NCBI GenBank assembly: GCA_013540605.1
Contig: JABVCK010000027.1
Span: forward strand, 171,976-235,975
Length of the DNA stretch: 64,000 nt
Reading direction: 5' to 3'
Source of the DNA: Bacillota bacterium
GTDB lineage: Bacteria > Bacillota > Clostridia > Ch29
In this document: positions 38,978-47,900 of the stretch, in pieces
Position numbering within the stretch: the stretch's first letter is position 1
Layout: every line of letters starts with the position of its first letter
Notes under the pieces: generated by a model
Seen by the model: the letters and a program-made list of their open reading frames with translations, nothing else
What the model was told of the DNA's origin: nothing
Database searches by the model: none
Position numbers and translations under genes: made by a program

Positions 38978-39157
38978 TTCCAAATCCCCCAACTACAAAC
39001 AAGCCGGCGGCAGGCCGGTGTCAAGGATTTTCCACAGGAAAAAGCAGAAAAAATTTTTGTGCTTGCCCCGAAAGTACAGCTTCACACAAAAATTTTTTCG
39101 CGGTCCTTGACACCGGCCCCAAGCCGCCGGATATAATTTTATGGTGGGGATTTGGAA
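38978..39157 (+). promoter_or_regulatory. Long stem-loop carrying TTGACA/TATAAT; Frpo-like ssDNA promoter candidate
   Basis: Four nested perfect stems of 12, 8, 15 and 15 bp; -35 at 39107 and -10 at 39132. Confidence 0.65.
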
Positions 39158-39191
39158 GACAAATCGACCCGCAAGTATGCCACAAAAATTC

Positions 39192-39451
39192 CATACGGTG
39201 TCCTGCCCTATTCACGGGCTTAACATAAGGACACGGTATGCTGAAAGGACCCAGGGAACAAGGAAGCGATCTTCTTCTTTGTTGCCGTAGGGCACATTCA
39301 GTATGAGATTAAGCGTGAGACCCGGACATTCCAAAAAAGGGGGGGGCCTGGAACGCAGTGAACAGGCAGCGGGCAAGGGGTGCGGACCCCGCCCATTTTA
39401 TGGGGGGGTCACGGCTTTTGGCGAATGCCAAAAGGGTTGCTCTTGCCCGGC
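39192..39451. repeat. About 260-bp GC-rich structured direct repeat, copy 1
   Basis: Near-identical to 40394-40662. Confidence 0.92.
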
Positions 39452-39586
39452 GACCCAGGAGCTTTTCACTCCCGGGATTTGTTCCTCTGCCTAATTTATC
39501 TGCCGTCCGGCGCAAGGGCCTTGCGGCCCCCGCCGGAATTTCTTCCGTCCCTTATATCAAACCTCCTCTGAAACTCATATACGTCA

Positions 39587-40057
39587 TCAACAAGATCGAC
39601 CTGCCCAGCGCGCACCCATCAAACCTCCTTCCCTGAAGCTCATATACCCGTCATCGCCTATTATAAGATGGTCTAAAACATTAATCCCCATTATTTCGCC
39701 CGCTTCCACCAGCCTTTTAGTTGTTTTTATATCCTCCTGGCTCGGATTAATGTCACCGCTCGGATGATTATGCAGCAAGATTATTGAATTAGCATTGTTT
39801 AATACCGCAGCCTTATATACTTCCCAGAGATGGACTATAGCGGAGTTTAGACAACCAATCGCTATCGTATGTACCCCGGCAATCCGGTTCTTGGCGTTCA
39901 GGCATATTATGCAAAAATGCTCTTCCGGCTTCTCGTGCAGAAGTAAAATCTCTCTTGCCGCTTTATGTACCGCTTGCGGACAATTCAGTTCCGGTACATC
40001 ATATAGCCCACCATCCTCTTTCACTAACCTGAGACTGTAAAAGTTAACCCTTGTCAT
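39587..40057 (-). CDS. radC: RadC/JAB-domain protein
   Basis: EEHF..ICLN.KN, HNHPSGD..PS.ED, LDHLIIG. Confidence 0.9.
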   Translation of the reverse strand: MTRVNFYSLRLVKEDGGLYDVPELNCPQAVHKAAREILLLHEKPEEHFCIICLNAKNRIAGVHTIAIGCLNSAIVHLWEVYKAAVLNNANSIILLHNHPSGDINPSQEDIKTTKRLVEAGEIMGINVLDHLIIGDDGYMSFREGGLMGARWAGRSC

Positions 40058-40393
40058 TATAATGGCCCTCCTTTTAATTGCCCGGGGCCGGTGATATAAT
40101 GAACATACACGGCTCCGGCTGTGTGTTCTGGCAGCCCGATTTCACTTTGACCGGTGCGGGCTGCTATTGCTTGTGCTTGTATTCCACCGCCTGCACTCAA
40201 CGCAGTTTTTTCCGCTTCCCTAACATCCTTTCACCTCCGCTTCCGAATAAATAAAAATACAACAAAATACCCTGCACCGATGCCTTAAACGCAAATACAC
40301 CGACACTATATGTCGGTGTATTGCGACCGGGTTCAGGAGGAATCGGTTCCTCCCGGTGGGGTATGGGTGGTAAAACCCCGGGAAGTAATCGAG

Positions 40394-40662
40394 CATACGG
40401 TGTCCTGCCCTATTCACGGGCTTAACATAAGGACACGGTATGCTGAAAGGACCCAGGGAACAAGGAAGCGATCTTCTTCTTTGTTGCCGTAGGGCACGTT
40501 CTATATGAGATTAAGCGTGAGACCCGGACATTCCAAAAAAGGGGGGGGCCTGGAACGCAGTGAACAGGCAGCGGGCAAGGGGTGCGGACCCCGCCCGCAA
40601 GCGCAGCGCAGTGGGGGGGTCACGGCTTTTGGCGTATGCCAAAAGGGTTGCTCTTGCCCGGC
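40394..40662. repeat. About 260-bp GC-rich structured direct repeat, copy 2
   Basis: Near-identical to 39192-39451; differs mainly in one hairpin loop. Confidence 0.92.
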
Positions 40663-40705
40663 TGTTGCCTCATCCCGGCCCCAAGCCGTACGCTGGAATA
40701 TCCAA

Positions 40706-40903
40706 TCAAACCGGCACCTTAAAATCAAACAGGCAATCTTTACAGATATATTCATCATCTTCAACAACCAGTTTAATTGCAGCAGCAACATTTTTAAAAG
40801 GTACTACATTCACACTGCCGCATTCCGGACATCTCAGACCCGATAGTGTACAATTGTCCGAGACAGCTTCCGACGTATCATGATTCGCTTTTTCAATAAT
40901 CAT
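40706..40903 (-). CDS. Small Zn-ribbon protein
   Basis: CPECGS...C.DC; ATG 40903 with RBS GAGGAGG. Confidence 0.6.
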   Translation of the reverse strand: MIIEKANHDTSEAVSDNCTLSGLRCPECGSVNVVPFKNVAAAIKLVVEDDEYICKDCLFDFKVPV

Positions 40904-41416
40904 AAAGACCTCCTCTTCCTGAAAGAATACCCTAAATAACACCTCAAACGAATACCCTAATAAATACCCCGGGAAACCCCTCTGAAAAGACCCTGAATAA
41001 ATATCTCGAAAAGACCCCTGGACGAACGCCTCGAAAACCCCACTCTCACCATCCCAGATATTTCCCCCCAAAAAACCCGCCGCCTCTCACACCATAACAT
41101 GCGAACCGAACCCCGCTCCTGACCCCCCTATCATGCCATGGTTACGAAGTATGGTGTGAGAGGGGGGTCAGGAGCGGAAAGGGTGAGGTGAGCAGCACAA
41201 TAACGGAAGAGGCGGCGGGCCCTAAACCCTTTGAAAATGCTGGCCTTTACCGTCATATAAAATTTGCTTTTCAGCCCCCTACCCTGTCCAATTACACGTC
41301 CAAGTCACTTGGTACACCTCTTGGATATACGGTTGGATATATAATTGGACTACCGGGGCAAAATAAAAAAGCCCTTACAAAGGCCTTTCTATTCTCCGGT
41401 CATTGTTTGTGAATGC

Positions 41417-41722
41417 CTAAAGGTTCAGCAGGTCCCTCACGCTCTCTGAAAGTATCTGCTCATAATCATCACGGTCCTGCTCTGCCTCTCTGTTCTCTTC
41501 ATGACCGACGGACCGACAGACTGACATGCCGTCCAACCTGCTTAATATATCCCGTATCCCCGAGGAGATCTCGTCTAACTTGTTGATTTTATCCGCATAC
41601 CTGATGTAAAAACCCAGGGCTTCCCGTATAAAATCGCTCTTCTCCTTGCCGCTCTTCCCGGCAAGTATCTTCTCAAGCTCATGATCCTCATTTTTCAGTC
41701 TGAAGCTATGCACCGCAGCCAT
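41417..41722 (-). CDS. Ribbon-helix-helix DNA-binding protein (ParR-like)
   Basis: HSFRL...KSDFIREAL..Y; near parM and the repeat cluster. Confidence 0.7.
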   Translation of the reverse strand: MAAVHSFRLKNEDHELEKILAGKSGKEKSDFIREALGFYIRYADKINKLDEISSGIRDILSRLDGMSVCRSVGHEENREAEQDRDDYEQILSESVRDLLNL

Positions 41723-41759
41723 TTAACCACCCGCCTATCCGTTTCGTTCAGAATGTACT

Positions 41760-42082
41760 TGTAAACACCCTGCACACCGCATATCTACTTACATTAAGAG
41801 TGCTAATTCATCATTCTGTAAACAAATCGTGTTTACATGCTCAAACCAAGTAAAATGAAGAGTTTTGGCACAATAATTTTACAGTTTGTAAACAAAACCA
41901 GGACATGAAATGTTTACAAAATCAAGTTCTAAGTACCCATCCTCCTGTAAATAACAGGCTTTGAACATGTTTACATGCAATGTTTACAAATTACGCTTTT
42001 ACAGCGTTCAATCCCAGTATTCGCAAGGGATTAAGCTGTAAACACGTATCTAATGATAGACAAAATAAAAAAACCTGTAAAT
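41760..42082. repeat. parC-like cluster of TGTAAACA/TGTTTACA boxes
   Basis: Exact copies at 41760, 41817, 41830, 41887, 41911, 41968, 41981 and 42037, plus TGTAAATA variants. Confidence 0.75.
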
Positions 42083-42113
42083 ACAGGTTCGTCCGTCCAT
42101 GATACTTCATATA

Positions 42114-42350
42114 TTAAAGGAATACCGTGATACTATTTGCACCCATGGTTACTCTTATTTCTACCTCTTGTTTATCTACCTTTTCCGCTAACTGGTCAAA
42201 TTTGGCCTCCAGCCTGTTAATAGCTTCCGTATTCTCCTTGTAACCGTCAAAGAGAGTATCGATTTTTTCCCCAAGCTTATTTTCAGGCCCTGCTATAGAT
42301 GTGCTGATCTTGGATATTTCTTCTACTCCTTTTACTTCTTTACTGTTCAA
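42114..42350 (-). CDS. Coiled-coil protein, paralog or remnant of 38493-38798
   Basis: Shares ENKLG.KID.LFDGY..NTEAINRLE.K.D.LAE.VDKQEVEIRV. Confidence 0.55.
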   Translation of the reverse strand: MNSKEVKGVEEISKISTSIAGPENKLGEKIDTLFDGYKENTEAINRLEAKFDQLAEKVDKQEVEIRVTMGANSITVFL

Positions 42351-42478
42351 TCTTTCATCCCCTCCGTATTAAATTCGTCCGCACATTCCAATAAGTGCGG
42401 ACGTTTTTACACGCTTATTGTCTAATTCAAATCCCATCAATTAATCTGCATCTACACAATTCAATTAAAAGATATAGA

Positions 42479-43504
42479 TTATCTTCCTTCTTCCAGTTCC
42501 GCGACCTTTAGAAATCCCAGGGCATTGGCCATCTGGGCGTTTTTCACCGTCACAACGTTGCTATACAGGTCGTTCATATGCCCCTTCAGCTGTTTTGCTC
42601 CTCCGCCGGCCAGGAATACGGTATGGAAAAAGTCCAGCTTATTGCCCCATACCACCTTCACCCTGTCCTTGAGCACCCTTGCCACCTCGCTCCTTACCGC
42701 ATCTACCTCCCTGCCGAACTCGATCTTCTCGCCCCGATAGTAAATACTCCCGCTCTCGACCAGGTGCATGAGCTCTGCTATGTCCAGCCTTGTTCCCGTC
42801 CTCTGAGTGAACAGCTTGTCTACCGCATTGTTCAGCGCCGACATCCCCATATCCAGGGTCCCGGACAGGTCCTCCCGCAGCACCAGTTTCCCCTTGTTAA
42901 CCACGAACACGATATAGTCGGTCGTCCTGAACCCGATGTCCACAAGCCCTATATACGCACCTTCCACAAGGTACCTGTCCAGCTCGTCCATTATTGCGTA
43001 ATACACGGCACCGGCAGCCTGCATAAAGGGCGTAGCCCTCTGGAATTTCACAACCCTGGTCCTGTCGCTCCCTTTTATCCCTACAACCGCCTTGAACCCC
43101 TCCAGCATTCGTCTGAACTCGTTCTTCTGATGCACATACTGCTCCAGGGGAAGCCCGGAAACTATGTGGACCGGCACCTCCTCCTCAGGGAACAGCAAAA
43201 ACGACGCGGCCGCCAGCAAGGCCCTTGTGTTGGGATGGTTTATCTTGTCCTCGTCAAACGCGTATGAAGTGTTCTTACCTTCCCTCCTGGCAAGCTCTCC
43301 TACAAAATACTCCTGGCCGTTACGCCCATCGCTTATCACCACGTGCATATTTTCAATAATATCCTCATGCGCTTTTCCGGCAAAAATGCTCCCCAGTTTC
43401 CTGTCGTACGCAGCACCTACCAGTGACGGGAAAGCCACCTTCCTCCCCGCCTCGTTAACTCCCTTCGTATACCCGTAACCCAGGTCCAAACCTATCTTGA
43501 ACAT
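42479..43504 (-). CDS. parM: ParM/StbA actin-like ATPase
   Basis: GLDLGYGYTK, SGLPL, VDIGFRTTD, LAGGGA, ANALGF. Confidence 0.9.
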   Translation of the reverse strand: MFKIGLDLGYGYTKGVNEAGRKVAFPSLVGAAYDRKLGSIFAGKAHEDIIENMHVVISDGRNGQEYFVGELARREGKNTSYAFDEDKINHPNTRALLAAASFLLFPEEEVPVHIVSGLPLEQYVHQKNEFRRMLEGFKAVVGIKGSDRTRVVKFQRATPFMQAAGAVYYAIMDELDRYLVEGAYIGLVDIGFRTTDYIVFVVNKGKLVLREDLSGTLDMGMSALNNAVDKLFTQRTGTRLDIAELMHLVESGSIYYRGEKIEFGREVDAVRSEVARVLKDRVKVVWGNKLDFFHTVFLAGGGAKQLKGHMNDLYSNVVTVKNAQMANALGFLKVAELEEGR

Positions 43505-44016
43505 ACCAGCTCATCCTCCTTTTGAATTGTCAGAAACAGTTTCACCAGTTCCGGGTCGAACTGCGTACCCGAACACCGGAATATCTCATTGACCGCCTTA
43601 AAAGAAGCAACGGGTTCCCTGTAGGGCCTCCCGCTCACCATGGCATCGTATGCATCCGCAATGGATATAATCCTCGAATACAGCGGTATCTCCTCACCCT
43701 TCAACCCGTCGGGATAACCGGTACCGTCCCACCGCTCGTGATGATGCTTCACCGCCTCAACCACTGCAGGATCGAACCCGTCCTTCCGTAGGATATCGGC
43801 CCCAATAACCGGGTGCATCTTTATTATTTCGTATTCTCCCGGCGTCAGCTTACCTTTCCTGAAAAGTATACTGCTAGAGATGAATTTCTTACCTACATCA
43901 TGAAAACCCGCCGCCATCCCCAGACATTTCATTTCCTTCCCCGTCAGCCCGTATCGACTTCCCAGCTTCCGGCTCAACACCGCCACATTGTACATGTGCC
44001 TCCTTAGATTTTTCAT
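43492..44016 (-). CDS. Stand-alone HD-GYP phosphodiesterase
   Basis: HDVGK, HHERWDGTGYPDGL, IADAYDAM...RPY. Confidence 0.9.
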   Translation of the reverse strand: MKNLRRHMYNVAVLSRKLGSRYGLTGKEMKCLGMAAGFHDVGKKFISSSILFRKGKLTPGEYEIIKMHPVIGADILRKDGFDPAVVEAVKHHHERWDGTGYPDGLKGEEIPLYSRIISIADAYDAMVSGRPYREPVASFKAVNEIFRCSGTQFDPELVKLFLTIQKEDELVCSR

Positions 44017-44058
44017 GTAACGCCCTCCTTTCCTCCCGTAAGTCCCCTTCCGTGTGCG

Positions 44059-44649
44059 TTAAAGCTTGATGACTGTAATAATAACCGCAGCATAAACAAA
44101 AGGCGCCAGGGGTATCGCATCTTTCATTTTCACCTTTCCCCCCAGCATAAGCAGGCAGCCTGCACAGGCGCCGATAAGGAATGTTATAACCATAATACAA
44201 ATAATCTTAACGTACCCGAACAGTAATCCCAGCGACGCAATCAATTTTACGTCGCCGCCGCCCATGCCCCCTATAAGGGCCAGACCCAAAAATATAAGGC
44301 CGGACAATAAAAATCCCGCCGCATAGGACCATATAGAATTTTGATTTACAATGAAGTTTATAACTCCCATGCATAATATAGCCCGGTAAAGGAATGCCGG
44401 TATTTCCCTGTAGTGGATATCCACTACCGCCGCCGTCAACAGTACGGTAAGCGTTACACCGTATATTACGGCAAGATATATTGAAGAATAAAGGTAGCCC
44501 ACAGAACCACAGCTAAGCCCTGCGGCTACACACAAAACCGGACCCGTTCTTTCGGGAACTGCATACCCCCGGTTATTCATCAACCGTATCAAGGTATATT
44601 CCGCTATAACCCCTAGTACCAAAGCTGCGCACATACCCGGCGTCCCCAT
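44059..44649 (-). CDS. A24 prepilin peptidase (TadV/CpaA-like)
   Basis: VDI...EIP, GMGGGDVKL, IPLAPF. Confidence 0.88.
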   Translation of the reverse strand: MGTPGMCAALVLGVIAEYTLIRLMNNRGYAVPERTGPVLCVAAGLSCGSVGYLYSSIYLAVIYGVTLTVLLTAAVVDIHYREIPAFLYRAILCMGVINFIVNQNSIWSYAAGFLLSGLIFLGLALIGGMGGGDVKLIASLGLLFGYVKIICIMVITFLIGACAGCLLMLGGKVKMKDAIPLAPFVYAAVIITVIKL

Positions 44650-44650
44650 C

Positions 44651-44890
44651 CTATACATCCCCCGGAGCCGGCAGGTCGCCCGCAGCCTTATCCATGTCCC
44701 GGTCCGTATCGCTTTTATCGTCCGGCTGCATATTATCGTATATATCATGCAGCTCCCCCTGCGGCAAATCGTACAGGTTATATCCCAGCACAAGGGTGCT
44801 TACATACCCCCGTATAAAGGGTGCCATCAGTATCACCGCGAGCGATACGAGGCATATAAGTATAAGCTTCTTATTCTCTTTCATCCTCAT
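44651..44890 (-). CDS. Small membrane-anchored hypothetical protein
   Basis: Basic N-terminus, TM helix, acidic tail; sits inside the operon. Confidence 0.55.
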   Translation of the reverse strand: MRMKENKKLILICLVSLAVILMAPFIRGYVSTLVLGYNLYDLPQGELHDIYDNMQPDDKSDTDRDMDKAAGDLPAPGDV

Positions 44891-44964
44891 CCCTCCCCAT
44901 AAAAAATAGCCCTCCGGTTCATCGGCCTGCAGCGGCCTCCCCGGAGGTGCTTTTCGTTTACAAT

Positions 44965-47900
44965 TCAATAGATCCTGTTCACTCTGGCATCTTCCAGGGC
45001 GGTCCCCGTAACTGTCAGGGCCCTTCCGTCCCACCCTTCGCGGGTGTTATAGTCGTACGTGCTCTCGCCTTTATCGGCCGTCAGTATAAAGGTTATAACC
45101 GAGCCAACAGCCGTCCTTGCCCCTGCATAGTACCTGCCCTGCCATATCTGGTACGGGCCGGACGAGCCTACCGGCACCATATCCACCGTTTTGTCCAGGC
45201 TTCCGTTTATCCTGATTTCCGCCCGTACGGCGTCCGGGTTGCCCAGAGAATCTATCCTAAATGTCACGTAATACCCCGTCTTATAATCAACCGGCAGATC
45301 GTCCTTCGCTATCGGGAAGGTATGCCACGGGTGGTTCACCATGTCGGTTATTGCAAAATCTTTTAGCATTAAATTTTGCAATCTAAACTCTTTTTCTACT
45401 ATTTGAGTTTCCCCGTTATATGTCTTTGCGGTAAATACTGCCGTATAATAACCATCGGGCAGATTATTTGGCGGAGTGTATTCATATTCCCATACTTTTT
45501 TGTTGCCCACTACTATGTTATTGTTATCATTAAGCGTTATAATGTCTCCCAACAATGTTATGGTTATCGTTTCTACATATTTTGAAGTCTCTGCTTTTAG
45601 GGTTGCAGCATTGCCTGCGGCTATTTCACCGGGCATATCAGGTGCTAATTCTATTGGCGTTTCTATCCTTATCTCCCATTCTTTTTCCGCTGTTGCTTTA
45701 TCTGATGCGGCTTTCAGTATAGCTGTATAACTACCGTCACGCAGGTACGAATTGTTAATATCCCTTGGAGTTATTACGTAATCCCTAATATCCTTCCATG
45801 CAGTTTCTATCCCGTCTGTTTCGAGTATATCGCTTGGGCTGTTAAGCTGAACCAATCCGGTGCGTCGGGTATCATTGCTATAGAGGGCAAATTCTATCCT
45901 GTCTACTTCATCGGGCGATACTGTTATTATATCCGTTACTTTTAACGCTTCTGTGCTCGGTATACTGGTCAGGCTAAAGGATGAAACTTCCGGGTTAAGT
46001 TTAGCCAATAACTGTAGCTGTAATTCTTCGCTTGGGATAAGGGCTTCTACCACTGTATCCGAAGCCCCGTGGTAGTCCCATACGGTTAAGCTGTAATTGA
46101 CAACTTCTTGACCGCCCATAGTTTTTGGGATGATGGTATTTACTGACGTACTCCAATCATACCAGTCACCGTTTTCTAGCTGATATCGCCACAAATATTC
46201 CTGTATCCCGTTATTAGGCTTACTGTACTGATAGTCTATATCGTATGAATTCCTGCCTGACAATATGATACCATTTTCTCTTACAGCCGATTCTACTACA
46301 GCTTTTGGTTTTTCATGGACAATGAACAGATACATCTCTACATCCGAATATTTATCATACCTTGCATCACCCGTGGTGTCCGAGGCTTTCACTTCCATTA
46401 TCCATTCGCCCCGAAGCTCTGGCGATGCCCGGTCTAATACATATTCATCGTTTATGTTTTCAATTACTCTCCATAAGCCATTGCTTTTTTCATGAGTAGC
46501 TGCGGGGTTGTCAAACACGCTCGGGTCGTGAGTGTACCTTATTTGCATACTACCTTGTTTCGGCGTTTTAAGTGTATTCGCTAATACCTGATTTCCCTTT
46601 AGTTTGTCGCTTATCGTTATATCGCTATAATCCTTTTCTATGTCCGTAAACCCCAAGCTATTTTTCAAATAATCTCCCGTCACATATAGACTGGTTTCAA
46701 TTGGCTCAAATTCTCTATGCTTTTCTAGAATGTAATCCAGCAAATAATGTGAATTTACTTGCGTGGGTAATACATAGTTTACCGTATTCATTTTAAACAT
46801 ATTGGTAAGATTATTTTCAATATAGGCTCTTGTACTGCCATCCCTACCGATAAAAAACAGGTTGCTATCCAAATCTTTTATTAAATTGGAGATATTACTA
46901 ATCATATTATTATTTTCGTTGCTGCCGGTTATATTGTTGTCAGTATTTATCACAACGCATCTTATGTCTTCGTTTTTGTATGTCGGTATATAGGATGATG
47001 TTAGTTGATTGATAATATTCAATATGCTTCTTACTTCAATATCTGTTTTATAAATTTCCGAAGACATTCTGCCATTATCGGCCCATATCTTTAATACGTA
47101 CTTGCCGGATGGTATATTGCTGTCTAAAGGTATTTTAGCTTGGAAGTTTAAATTCCCTCCGTTTGATATTAAAACGGCAGGGTTAATCAGAGTAGCTTTC
47201 TTGTTAGTATGCTCGGATATACCCGAGACGGTATAGTATAAGTTTATTTGCCGTCCTTGGGAAACATCTCTTATACTGCCGTTTATATTAATTTCTTGAT
47301 CGTTAATCAGTGACGTCTTATCAATATTAATGCTCTGTATGGAAGGCGGGTGATTAAACCTTATATTGTTTATGGTAATAGTGTTTGATGTGCCCCCCTG
47401 GTTATCTGTAACCCAAATAGTCATAGATGTTGCTTGTTCCGGGATGGTTCCGCTCAATTGTATAGTTGCCGTAAAATTTTGATTATTGCCGTTAGCTGTT
47501 ATGGTAGTTAAAACTTTGTTGTTATGTGAAGGGGCTCCATTTATCGTATATCTTATAGTTAAGATATCGCCTGCATTTTCGTCACGAACTTGCCCGCTTA
47601 CAGTAATGGTCCCGTTATAGTCAAACTCCGAACCGTTTGCAGGTTGGATTATTGATATAGCCGGAATAGCATTAGCATTAAAAAGCCAACTGCCAGGGAT
47701 AACACCTACGGTTCTTTCCTCTGTAGTTGCAACAACCAAATTATAATCATCAAAAGCCGCACTGCGTAAAACATAACCACCCGGAATACTTAATCGCCTT
47801 TCTATCCACAATATACCATCGGTTGATGAATAGAACCTCCAATCGGCGGTAATGAACCAAAGCTTGTTATCGTAGTAAAAGTAATCCGCAATATCGGTAG

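Noticed and set aside
38341-39228. 295-aa and 198-aa plus-strand ORFs
   Set aside because: Antisense shadows of the heptad coiled-coil gene and hairpin DNA
39021-40883. Paired ORFs starting MNRAGHRM, MRLSVRPGH and MNRQRARG
   Set aside because: They arise from the duplicated GC-rich non-coding repeat; no RBS or protein-like features
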